Translations under genes and position numbers: made by a program
Notes under the pieces: generated by a model
The model's input: the letters and a program-made list of their open reading frames with translations, nothing else
What the model was told of the DNA's origin: nothing
Database searches by the model: none
In this document: positions 34,505 to 46,500 of the stretch, one piece after another
Layout: every line of letters begins with the position of its first letter
Position numbering within the stretch: position 1 is the stretch's first letter
Source of the DNA: Cyanophora paradoxa CCMP329
Taxonomy: Eukaryota > Plantae > Glaucophyta
Direction: 5' to 3'
Length of the DNA stretch: 64,000 bases
Assembly: GCA_004431415.1 (NCBI GenBank)
Contig: QPMI01000122.1
Span: forward strand, 62,001 to 126,000

Positions 34505-37500
34505 CTATCCCGTGACAGAGCGTACACTTGCCCACAGTCTGCGGCGGGCCACCCCCGCGCTACCCCCCGCCCCTGAGGGCCGCGACCTGGCGGTGGAAGA
34601 CGGGGCGCGGGGGGCTCGCGAGGAGCGGCGTGGAGGCGCCGGACACGGCGGCGGAGGAGGGCCGGCCCGGGGAGATGACGCCGTGGGGGGGCACGCCAAC
34701 CGCCGCCCCCGCGACCACCTGTCGGGCCAGGCGCCTCAGCGGCGCCTCGACGCGAGTCGGGAAGGGCGCGGGGCGGGGCGGGCGGGCGGGCCTGCTTGCG
34801 GAGGGCGGTGAACTGGGCCTCGACGCCCTCGAGGTGGCGGCGCTGCTTCTCGGCCTCCGCGGCGCGCGCCTTGACCGCCTCGGCCAGCACCGCGTGCAGC
34901 TGCTCCCGCTCCGCCTCCGCCGCCTCCAGCGCCCGCCGCTCCCGGAGCCGCTCCTCCATCGCCGCCCGCAGCTCCTCGCGGAAGGTCGCCCGCCGCTGCG
35001 CCGCGCGGCACGCCGCCAGCCGCGGCTCCCCCGCGAACTCCGCCTCGTAGAGCTCCTCCAGGTCTTTCCCCGTCACCTGCACCTGCTCCCCAGCCCCGCC
35101 CGTCAGCCGGCCGGGGCGGGCGGGCCGGGGCGGGGCGGCCTGGAGCTCGGCGACGAGGGCCTGGACGCGGGCCGGCTCGAGGCGGCGGGCGAGGCGGAGG
35201 AGCGCCCGTACCAGCCGCCCGCCTGCGCCGCCTCCCGCCACGCACGGAACGCCCGCGCCCGCCTCCGGAACTGCACCACCGCCAGCACCTGCCCCGCCCC
35301 GGCCCCGCCCCGCTCGCGCCGGAGCGGACGAGGCGAGGGGGGAAGGGAGGGGCGGGGGGCGGGCCTGGGCGGCGGCGGCCTGCTCGGCGACGGCGGCGAG
35401 CTCGGCGCGGCGGAGGGCCTCCACCTCGTCCCGCACCTCCGCCACCCGCGCCGCCAGCTCCCCGTCGTGCCGCAGCCGCCACGCCCGCGTCCCTCCCGCC
35501 ACGCCCGCAGCGCCCCCCGCATCGCGCTGTCGCCCCGCGCCCTCAGCCGCCGCGCGCGGCGGGGCGGGGCGGGGCCGACGGATCGACCCGGTGCGCACTT
35601 CTCGCGGGCGACGCGGCGGAGGCGGGCGGTGAGGCGGGCGTGGCGCGCGGCGGCGCGGGCGCCCTCGCGCCACTCGTCGAACGCCGCCCGCACCGCCGCC
35701 AGCTCCCGCCTGCGCCGCCGCGTCGGGGGCGGAGGGGGCGGGGGCGGGGCGGGGGCGGACCGGCGGAGGAGGGTGCAGCCGACCTGGCGGTGGGCGCGCT
35801 GCTCCCGGAAGGTCCCCGCATCGCCCCGAACGCGTCCTGCGCCCCGCGCGCCCCCGTGAGGCGCCGGGGCGGGCGGGCGGGCGAGGGGCGGGGGCGCGCG
35901 GGGCGCACAGAGAGGAGGCGGCGGCGCTGCGTGCGGGCGACGACGGCGCAGAGGCGGCGGCGGTCGGCCCCGCAGGCGCCCACAGCCGCAGCGCCGCGAG
36001 GGCCGCCGCGAGGCCCCGCCGCGCCCGCCGCGCGTTCATCTCCGCCACGCGCCCCTCGATGCGCAGCTTGCGCCGCACCACGTCCCGCCACGCCCGGAAC
36101 GACTGCCCCGGCGTCAGCCGGCGCCGGCGCCCGCGGGGGCCCCGGGGCGGGGCGGACGAAGGCGGCGGTGCAGTGGAGAGCGAAGGCGCGCTGCGTCTCG
36201 CCCCAGCGCTGCACCGCCGCGCCCCGCTGCCGCAGCTGCCCAACCCCCGCGCGCTCAGCGGGGCTCAGGGGGGCGGGGCGGGGCGGGGCGGGGCGGACGA
36301 GGCGGTCGGCGCGGGTGGCGACGGCGGCGTGGCGGGCCTCGGCGGCCTGCGCGGCGGCCTCGGCGTCGACCCGCAGCTGCGCGATCGTGCGGACGCCCCC
36401 GAGTTCTGCCGCTCCAGCCGCGCCGCCTCCGCCGTCGCCGCCGCCAGCCGCCCGAGAGCTCCTGGCCCGAGGCCCGCAGCGCCCGCGCCTCCGCCTCGGA
36501 GGCCGCCGCGCGCTCGCGCAGGCTGGCGGCCTCGGAGCGGGCGTCGGCGAGGGCGCGCTCGGCCCTGGCGCGCCCCGCCGACTCGGACTCGAGCTCGGAG
36601 GAGAGGCGCTCGACGTCGGCGCGGAGGGCGGCGCGCTCGGCGAGGAGCGCCGCCGCCTGCTCGCGCAGCGCCTCCAGGTGCTCCCGCATCTTCCCGCCCG
36701 CCTCCGACTCGGCCTCCGCCGTCGCCCGCATGGAGGCGTAGTGCCGCTCGAGGTGCGTCTTGAGCGACGCCGTCGCCTCGAGCTCGCTCTGCGCCTCCCG
36801 CAGCCGCCGCTGCGTCTCGTGCAGCTCCGCCCGCAGCGCCCCCGCCGCCTCCGCCTCCCGGTCCCGCCCCTCCAGCGCCCCCTGCAGCTCCCGCCGCAGC
36901 CGCGCCCCTCCGCCTCCAGCCGCGCCGCGCGGGCCGTCTCCGCCTCCAGGCGCCCGCCGAGGTCGGCCGCCTCGGCGCGCAGGCGGTCCGCCGCCTGCTG
37001 CTCCTCCTCCATCACCGTGCGCGCCGCCTCCGCCTCGGCCGTCAGGCGCTCCTTGGCCGCCTCCAGGCCGCCCCGCAGCCGCAGCTCGGCGTCCAGGCGC
37101 CAGCGCAGCTTCCCGATCTCCGCCTCCAGCGACTGGCACCACTCCTGCGCCACCTGCCGTGCCTGCCGGCCCCCGCGCGCCCGCCCCGCGTCGGCGGCCC
37201 GCCGCGGCAGCGCCAGGCGGCCGCGCCCCGCGCACCTTGACCTCGCACTCGAGCTGGTTGCGCAGGAAGGCCTCGTTCAGGGGGCCCGAGGCGCCCGCCT
37301 GGAAGAGGCTCATGCTCACGCCCGACGCGTCCAGCTGCGGCTCCTCCTTCCCCATGCGCGCCTTCTCGCAGTCCTCGATCGTCCTGCGCGGGCGCGGCTC
37401 AGCGGCGGCCCCGCCCGCCCGCGTCGTCCCCGCGCCCGGCGAGCTCCCGCAGCGATCCCGTCACTCACTCGATGAGCTTTTCGATTGCATCGAATCGGGT

Positions 37501-37827
37501 GGACTCGTCCCCCTCGTAAAGGCTCTTCTCCAGGTCCTCCTTCAGCGCCGCGCGCACGGGCGGCGTCGCCGCGATGATGCTGGACAGGAGCTGGAAGGCC
37601 CTCTCGGCTTGCTGCGAGGCGCTCGCTTCTGAGGAGCCCAAGCCGGACCCCCAGCTATGCGGGGCGACTCACCTCATCAGCCACCTCCTTGCTCGTCGCG
37701 CGCTGGAGCAGCACGTCGAGCGGTCTGAGCAAACCCCCCGCGTGAGCAAGCGCGATAGCAGTGCAAGAAGGGGAGCCCCGAACCCTGTGGCCGCTGGCCT
37801 CGCGGACGTGCCCGCAGAGGCGACCAT
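34505..37827 (-). CDS. Coiled-coil protein with Sfi1-like (centrin-binding-type) F/L-xx-W repeats
   Basis: Long heptad region, then SFRAWRD, AAFDEWRE, ALRAWRE, RAFRAWRE; many short introns. Confidence 0.55.
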
Positions 37828-37988
37828 GGCCCGGGGCGGTCCGCGAGCTAGTTTTTAGACTCAGTAGATCCCGCAGATGCAGGCGGAACGCTTATCGGGC
37901 CACTGGCGTCGTCTTCAGCGGCTAGTTGAGAGTTTTGCGGTAGCCCCCCAATAACTGCCCTGGTCTGCCCACGAAGAGCAGCGCGAAG

Positions 37989-40497
37989 ATGGGCACGCGC
38001 AGCGCGCTCCTGGCGCTGCTGGCGTACGCGCTAGCTTTCTCCATCGTCGGTGAGGGCCCCCGGCCGGCGGTTCGAACCGCGCACATCCGCTGCGGCTAAC
38101 GCACCGCCTTCGCGCGGCCGCAGGCGCGGCGGAAGAGAACTCGCTTATTGCCGATGCGGGTCGCAACATGGCGGTCACGCTTCCGGCCGAGAGCGTGAAG
38201 CTGTACGGGAACGGCGGCTACGGCCCCGGCTTCCACGGCGAGGGGATGGAGTACCGCTGGGAGCAGGCGAGCGGGCCTGCCGTGCAGGCACAGGGCACGA
38301 ACGCGCGGCAGCTCGTCCTCTTCCCCGTGGAGCCTGGCCGCTACGTCTTCCGGCTAACGGTTGTGGACCCCGAGAACGACAACGCCGCCTCCGACATGGT
38401 CGAGGTCGTCGTGACGGGCGGTGCGGCCGGCCGGGCGCGCGTGCGCCGCCGCCGCGGGCCCGGGTTGAGCGGGCGCCGGCAGAGAGCGGGGCGCCGGAGG
38501 TCGACGCCGGTCGCGACGTGACGGTTGTGCTGCCCACCAAGTCCGTGCAGCTCGTCGGCCAGGCCCGCGACCCCAACAGTGCGCCCCGCCGCCCCTTCCA
38601 CGCGCCGGGGCGCCGCCGAGCGGGCCGGCAGCGCCGATGACGTACCTGTGGAAGTTCGAGAAGGGCCCCGGGCTGGTCGGCCTCGCCGGCAAGGAGTCCC
38701 GCACCCTCCAGGCGCGCCCGCCCCGTGCCCCGCGCCCCACCCGCCCCGGGCCCGCCCCGCCGATCTTGCGCGGTCCGACCCGGCGCGCCCGCCCCGCAGG
38801 TCATGTTCGTCAACCCGGTCGAGGGGTGCGGCCCGCCCGCCCGCCCCGCTCCTCCCGCCCCGCCCGCCCCCCGCCGGAGCCGACGCGGCGGCGGGCCGGC
38901 GTGCGGGGCGCAGGGTGTACGAGTTCTCGTTCACGGCGACGGACGCGACGGGCCTGGCCTCCACCGACACCGTCAACGTCGTCCTCCAGCAGTGTACGGC
39001 CCCGCGCCGCCCCCTCCGCCACCGGGCCCGCCCCGCCGCGCCCTGCCGCGCCCTGACGCGGCGGCGGGGCGCAGCGAACCGGGCGCCGAGCATCGTGCCG
39101 GCGGCGGCGGTGACGATCATGTGGCCGCAGAACGAGGTGCAGCTCTCCGTGGAGGCGTCGGACGAGGACGGGCGCGTCGCCTCGTACGCGTGGCGCCAGG
39201 TCGAGGGGCCCCCCGCCGAGATCGCCGGCGCCGACTCCCCCACCGCCTCCATCCGCCTCCCCCGCACCGTCCGCCCCGCCCCGCGCCCCGCCGGCGTTCA
39301 GGAGCGTTCGGGCGCTGATGGGGGCCCGGGGGCAGGGGAGCTACGCGTTCAACGTGACGGTGACGGACAACAACGGCGCCTCCGCCGAGGAGTCCTTCCC
39401 CGTCTTCTGCGGCCAGCGTCCGCCCCGCCCCGCCCCGAACCCTCGCCTCCGCCGCTGCTGAAGGGGGCCCCCACTTGCGCAGCGCCGGCGGTGGTGCTGC
39501 AGCCGGACGTGTACGTGATCTGGCCGCAGGACAGCGTGAAGCTGGTGGCCCAGGTCAACGGCGCGGCGGCCGGCACCGAGTACCTCTGGCGCGTCGAGTC
39601 GGGCCCGAGCGTCGTGGGCCTGGGCGGCAAGTTCTCGCCCACGCTCGACGTCTTCAAGCTGGTGCGGGGCACGTACGAGTTCAGCCTGACGGCGACGGAC
39701 AAGGCGGGGATGAGCACGAGCGCCCGCACCACCGTCCGCGTCGTCGAGCGTGCGCCCCCCGCCGCTTCCCGCCCCCGCCGCCGGCGCGCGTTTTCCGGGC
39801 TGACGATGGCGGGGGCGCCCCGGGCAGAGCTGCTGCGGCCGCGCGTCTCGGCGGGGCCCGACGTGGACCTGCCGTACCCGCAGAACTCGGTGCAGCTGCA
39901 GGCGCGGGCGAGCGACGAGGACGGGCGCGTGTCGCGCATCGAGTGGGCGATCGAGGGCGGGCCGGCCGGCAAGGTCAAGATCGCGGGGCGGGACTCCCCC
40001 GTCCTCACCGTCGCCGACCTCGCCCAGGGCACCTACCTCTTCTCCGTCACCGGTAACCCCCCTTCCGCTCCGCCCCTCCCCCCGCCCCGCCCCGGCCGAG
40101 CGGGCGGCGCGCAGTGTGGGACGACATGGCGCTGAACGCGACGGACGAGGTGCTCGTGCGCGTGCGGGACGCCCGCGGCGAGGTCGCCCCGCTCCAGTCC
40201 CGCCGCTCCGCCCCGGGCGCCGACGAGGCGACCGGGCCCCGCGTCGGCCGCGCCGGCACCGTCCTCGTCATCGTCCTCTGCGCCGTCCTCGGCCTCGGCG
40301 CCGCCGCCTGCGTCGGCGTCTTCTTCTGGGAGCGCCGCCGCCGCGCCCAGGAGGAGGCCCGCATGCAGGCGCAGCGCGCCGGCGCCATGCCGCCGCTCGG
40401 GCGGCGCGGCCCCGGGGCCAAGCCGACCTCCCCGGGCCCCGTCTCCGCCAAGGAGGCCACCAGCTACAAGCCCTTCACCTTCTTCGACAACCTGTAG
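37989..40497 (+). CDS. Type I membrane protein with 4-5 PKD-like repeats (KIAA0319/AAVR-like architecture)
   Basis: Signal peptide MGTRSALLALLAYALAFSIV; repeats AGxDVxxxxPxNSVxL..DxDGxxxxYxWxxxxGP..GxYxFxLTxTD; TM GTVLVIVLCAVLGLGAAACVGVFFW followed by ERRRR; tail YKPF. Confidence 0.85.
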
Positions 40498-40682
40498 CCC
40501 GGGGGGCCCCGCAGGCCCCGTCCACCCCCTTCCCCGCCCCCACTCTGCCCCCACCCACACCCCTTCCTCTCCCCGCTCCGCCCCCACCCCGCGTGCTTGG
40601 TCAACAGTGGTTTCATTCGTGCACGAGAGCGATAGTTGCGCGCGCGGCTCCCGGCGGCTCCCGGGGAGCGGCGGGGAAGGGC

Positions 40683-43283
40683 TCAGCGGGCGGCGCGGGC
40701 GGCGGCGGCGGCGGCGGGGTCGCCGGCAGAGGCCGTCCGCTCCGGCTTCGAGTTGCGGAAGTGCAGCTTGGACTCGTAGTACGCGATCACCTTCATCGGG
40801 TCCCGCTGCACGCTGGCGTCAGGGCGGACGCGGGGCGACAAGACGGGCGCGGGGCGGCGGGCGCTGTGACGGGCCTTGGCGACGTGGAGGGAGGGAAGGG
40901 CCTCCTGGCGGGTGCTGCCGTCTGCCAAAGTGTACTTGACGACCAGGTTGATGGTGCCGTCGGGCCCCTTGCGCGCCGTCACGATCTCCGTGATGCTCGA
41001 GTCACTCCCCAGCTCCTGCGCACGGCCCCGCCCGCATCGGACCCGCGTCCCTCCGGCCCGGCCCGGCGTGTCGCGCACGGGGTGCTCGAAGGTGGGGGCC
41101 GTCTGGACGGAGGTCGAGCGCAGGTTGTTGGACTTCTCGAGGCTCGTGCCGCTGATCGAGTTCGGCTCCGGGGCGCCGTCGCCCCCCGTCACGTCGAAGA
41201 CGACGTCCCCGCCGCGGGCGGTGTTGTCTACGGCCGCCCGCGGGGACTTGCCCTTGTCGATCATCACGCCCACGCTCCCCGCCGGCTCCAGGCTGCCCTC
41301 CTCCTCCGCCCGCGCCCCCCCCTCCGCCCCCTCCACCTTCACGCCGCCCGCCGGCGCGGGCGCAGGCGTCGAGTCCTCGCTGAAGATGTCTTTAACGAGG
41401 ATGGCCGTCCCCTCCGCCACGACCTGATCCTCGGCCGAGGGCGCCGGGGGCGCCGCCGCCGCCCGCTGCTGCTGCGCCTGCTGCCCCGCGCTGCCCGCCG
41501 TCTGCAGGCCAGCGGAAGGCACCGATTGCGGCGCCGCGCGGGCCGGCGCCTGCGGCGCAGGGCGGGCCGGCGCCTGCGGCTGGGGGATGGAGCTGTTGCG
41601 CTCGAGGGGCATGTTCGACTCGCCGACGACCTTGCCGCTCTCGTCCACCTCCCGCACGCGCGTGTGCTCCCCGAAGCTCACCTGCGCGCCGGCGAGGCGG
41701 TCAGTCTCGGGGCGCCCCGGGCCCCGCATGGCGGCCACGCCGCGCACCCGCGAGCCGCTGCCGGACTTGGTGAGGCTGGAGGAAGGGGTGAGGGGCGCCG
41801 CGGGGGCGGCGGGGGCGCCGGTGCCGTCTGCCTCCTCGAAGACGCCCTTCTCGCGCAGGTCCGGCAGGCCGCCCGCCTTGCCGCCCGCCTCCGCCGCCGC
41901 CGCCTCCGCCGCCGCCGGCTGCGCGCTGCCCGCGGCGGCCGCTGCGCCCGGCGCTCGGGCTCGAGCCTTCAAGTTCCGCGGGCCACCGCCGGCGGTGCCC
42001 CCGCCGAGGGCCGCCGGGGCCGAGGCGGAGGAGGTGACGGGTGCGGCAGGAGGGGAATCGCGGGTGTGGAGGGGACGGCGGGGGCCGAGGAGGCGGGGGC
42101 CTGGGCGGGCGCCGGGGCCGGGGCGGGCTCCGGGGCGGCGGGGGCGTGGGCGGGCGGGGCGGGCGTGAAGTCCTCCTCGGGGGCCGCCGCGTCGCGCATC
42201 TCCGCGTCCGCCTTCGCCTCCGGCCGCGCCTCCGCCCCGCGCCCTTCCTCGCCCTCCTCGCCCGTCTTCCGCCGCTTGCCGCGCTTGTCCGACAGGCCCT
42301 CCGACACGGGCTCCTGCGAGTCGCGGAGGCCGTGCCGCTTCCCCTCCTTCTTCTCCTCCTTCACCTTGCCCTCCTTCTCCTCCGTCTTGGCCTTGGGCGG
42401 CCGGCCGCGGCCCCGCTTCGCCGGCTGCGCCGGCTTCTCCTCCTTCTCGTCCTCCTCCGTCGCCCCCCCGTCCTCCTCCTCCTCTTTCGCCTTCTTCGCC
42501 TTCTCCTCGCGCTCCTTTGGCTTGGGCTTCGGCTTCTCGTCGTCCTCCGTCTCCTCATCGTCCTCCTCCTTCACATCCTTCTTCGACGCGCGCTTCGGCT
42601 TCTTCTCCTTCTCCTCCTCCTCCTCGGACGACCCCTTCTCGTCGTCGCTCGCCTCGGCCGTCTTCTTCCTCTTGTCCTTGCCCTTCTTCTCCTTCGACTC
42701 GTCATCACTTTCCGAGGCGCTCTCCTCGCCGCCGCTGGACGCGCCCTTGCTGCCACGCCTGCCCGTCTTGGTCGCGCCCTTCTCGGCCTTATCGGCCTTC
42801 TTCTTTTCCTTGAGGGCCTGCTGGAACTCCTTGAACACCTCCAGTTCTTTCACGTGCGACAGGGGCTCCCATGTGTTCGCCGATTCGGGCCAGCCCTCCC
42901 ACTTCACGAGGTACTTCTTCTGGCCCTACGCTCGGAGTGAGCGGCGAGCGGGAGGATCAAATGTCGCGCGTCCGAGTCAACCGATGCCGGCAGGCGACGC
43001 GGCTGCGAACCTTGACAGTTCTCACTTCCACGATTTTCTCGACGACGTACTCTGCCTCCTGCTCAGAATCGCTGTCGTCCGCATTCGACCCGCGCTTCCG
43101 CTTGCCAGTCTCCGCCGCTTTCTTTCCGCGGCCCCTCTGCAAGGGCGCAACGACTTGATAAGCGAGAGAGCTAACCGTACACGCGCGCTCGGGCAGATCG
43201 CTTGCCTTCGTCGGCTTCTCCTCGCCATCTGAGCCGGAATCCGACGCCGGATCCTCCTTTGATGCTTTCTTGCCTCTCGCCAT
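40683..43283 (-). CDS. HP1/LHP1-like protein: chromodomain + AT-hook + chromoshadow-like domain
   Basis: EYVVEKIVEVR..KYLVKWEGWPESANTWEPLSHV (aromatic cage present); KRGRGRPPK; ITEIVTAR..LVVKY..DPMKVIAYYESKLHF. Confidence 0.85.
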
Positions 43284-43511
43284 GGTGTTTGTCCTGCGAA
43301 TCGCGCGCGTCAGACAAGGTTTGGTAACTGGCTCCGTTGAGCGCGTTCGCGGCGGGAAAGTCGAGAGGCGCCGAGGTTTCTAATGCGTTCGCTGGCTTCG
43401 AGCAGATAATAGGCCTTAAAGGAGCTTCGAGACGAATGCGGCCGCCGCGCACGCCCGGTGCCGGATCACCGCCGACGATGACAGCGGAGACCGGACGGAT
43501 GCCTAACGTAA

Positions 43512-46500
43512 AGCGCGTCTATCCGTATCACGTAGACGTAGGCCAGCACGCACACTCGCGCGAAGAAAGAACGCTTGCCGGGGGTGGACTACTGTGGGGG
43601 TAGAGTGCGTTCCTGGGGTCGAGGCCACAGCGGCGCAGGCGGGATGGAGGCCACCGCGTTTTTGAGCTCTGCGATAGCGGTTGGTACCGGACGTTCACGG
43701 ACGCTGGCGGGCGCGGATGCCGGGACGATTTGTATCTCGACGGACGCGACGCCGTTGAGGTCGTCCGGAGGCTCGAAACATCAGCGCACTTTCTTTTCTG
43801 GGTCAGCGGCGGCGTCCCTTTCCTGGTTGCCGAGGCGAGCTGGCGCGAGCCGACGAATCCCCGCTGCGCCTGTGTCCCTGGATGCGGTCGCCTCTGGAAC
43901 CCGTCCTAGAGCAGCTCGGGAGACGGGAGAGGAACCACGGAATCGCGCGCGCAGGGCGCCGCGCGTGCCTGCTGCGGGCCCGTCCACGTCGTCCGCCCAG
44001 CCAGCGCAGCGCGGGCTGACGGACAGGCAAGTCACCACGTTGGTGCGCCACTCCTCGCGCGACCCGCGGCAAAGCCCGCGCGCAGCGATGCGGGCCTGAC
44101 GAGATTCCGGGCCAGATTCGATCGGCGGCGACTGCAGAGGCGGCGCTGGGGGCGTTCGAGCTGCTCCCGCGGGCCGGCAGGAAGAACAACCTCATCCACC
44201 ACAACGCGCTCCTCAAGGCCCTGGTGCCCCGCACCGCCGCCGCCCCGCCCCCACGTGCCGCCCCTCGGCTAAGCTCCCGCGCGCAGTGCGGGGCGCGCGC
44301 GGTGGACCGTGCGCGGGACGTGCTGGAGCGCATGGAGGCGGCGGCCGGCGGGGGCGCCGGCGCGGCGGACGCGTGCGCGCCCGACGTCCTCTCGTACAAC
44401 ACACTCGTCGCCGGTGCGGCCGCCTCCTCTGCCCGCCCGCCCGCCCCGCCCGCCCGCCGGCGGCCGGGTCCGACGGGGGCGGGGCGGGGCAGGCTACGCG
44501 AGCGAGGGGCGGGTGGAGGAGGCGGAGGCGCTGGTGGCGCGCATGCGGGCGGCCGGCGCGGCGCCCGACGCGGTGACGTATAGCACGCTCGTGCACGCCT
44601 GCGCCCGCGCCCTCCCGCCCCGCATGGACCTCGCCGAGAAGGCCCGCCCCCCCGCCGTCCCTTTCGCCCCGCGCCCGCCCCGGGCTGACGGCGGGGGCAG
44701 ACGGTGGCGGAGATGCGGGCGGCCGGCGTGCAGCCGAACCTCGTCACCTACAACGTGCGCCCCGCCTTCCCGCCCCGTCCCTGCGCACCGCCAACTGGCG
44801 GGCGGGCGGGCGGCAGACGCTGGTGCACGGGTACGCGGCGGCGGGAATGGCGGCGGAGGCCCTCGCCACCCTCCGCGCCCTCGTGCGGCCCGGCCCCGCC
44901 CCCGCCCTCGCCTCCGACCGCCGACGGGCCTGGCCGGGCAGGAGGGCGAGCTGGGGACGGACGTGACGACGTGGAACGCCTGCCTGCACGCCTGCTTCCG
45001 CGCCGCCCGCCCCGAGGCCGTGCGCCCCAACCCGCCCCGCACCGCCCTGGCCGGGGCCGCCCGCCCACGCCCCGGGGCAGGCGCAAGCGCTCTTCGACCG
45101 GATGGAGGGGCGCCCGGCCGCGGGGCCCGCCGCGGGGCCCGGCCCGCCCCGCCCCGCCCCAACGCCGTCACCTACAGTGCGCCTCTCGCCTCGCTCGCGG
45201 CCCCGCCGTGCCGCGCCGGGCGGGGCCGACGGGGCGGCAGGCACGATGATCGGGGGCCTGTGCGACGCCGGCGCGCCGGGGCCCGCCCGCGCCCTCCTCC
45301 GCCGCCTCGTGCGCCTGCCCGGCCCGCCCGCCCCGCTCGCCGCCAACGCGCCGGGCGCGCAGGCGGCGGAGGGGGCGCCGCGGCCGCTCCGCGCGGCGGC
45401 GACGACGGCGCTCCTCGACGGCCTCCGCCGCGCCGTGCGCCCCGCCCCCGCCCCGCCCCGCCCCGTCCCCCGGCCTCCCCTCCTCACCCGCGGCGCAGGG
45501 GCGGGCGGAGGAGCTGGCGGAGGCGTTCGAGGAGGCGGAGCGGGCTGGCCTGGCGGACGCGCGGCTCTACGCGGCGGCGGTGGCCGGCCTGGCGCGGGGC
45601 GGGCGGCCGGCGGCGGCGGAGGCGGCGCTGCGGGAGATGCGGCGGCGCGGGCACGCCGCCGGCGAGGCGCTCTTCGGGGCCGTCCTCGACGCCTTCGTCG
45701 CGGCGGGGGACGGCCCCGGGGCCGACCGGCTCCTCGGGGCCCAGCGGGAGGCGGGGGTGCCGTGCGGGGACGCCGTGCGGCTGACGGCGGCGCTGCGGTG
45801 CGGCGTCTCGCACGGGCGCGCGATGGAGGTGTTCCGGGACCTGGGCGAGGGGGCGGCCTGGCTCGCGGCCCTCCGCCCCGACGCCCGCCTCTACACCGCG
45901 CTCCTCGAGTCCTGCGCCCGCGACCGCAACGCCCGCGACGCCCGCGCCGTCTTCGCCGCCGCGCCCCGCCCCGACGCCGTCCTCTGCGGGCCCGTGCCCC
46001 CTCCTCCCCCTCTCTTTCCCCCTCCCTGCGCCCCTGACGCCCCGGCGCAGGGTGATGATGCGGGCGTACCTGCGCTCGGGGCTCCCGCGGGAGGCCCTCG
46101 CCCTCTTCGACACCCTCCGCCGCGAGCGCCGCCTCGCCCCCACCGCCGTCCGCCCCGCCCCGCCCCGCCCCCGTCCCGGACTGACGGCCCTCTCTGTCTC
46201 TCTCTCTCTTTCGGCGCAGTCGTGCTACGCGGCGGCGGTGGACGCGGCGACGCGGGCCGGGGACGGGGCGCGGGCGGCGGGCCTGGTGCGGGAGATGCGG
46301 CGGGCGGGCCACCGGCCCTCGGCGCGCCTCTACAACGTGGCGATCCAGAGCCAGGGGGCCCTGGGCCGCGCCGACGCCTGCTTCGAGCTCTACGAGGAGA
46401 TGCGCGCCGCCGGCGTCGCCCCCACCGCCCTCACCCTCTCCTCCCTCATGGCCGCCTGCGTCCGCTCCGGCGAGCCCCGCCGCGCCCTCGGCCTCCTCCC

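Noticed and set aside
40116-43232. 1038-aa + strand ORF and the many other long Arg/Pro/Gly/Ala-rich ORFs (e.g. 9473-11797, 44744-47251, 34321-36243)
   Set aside because: Shadow or off-frame ORFs caused by stop-codon scarcity at extreme GC; they overlap recognisable spliced genes
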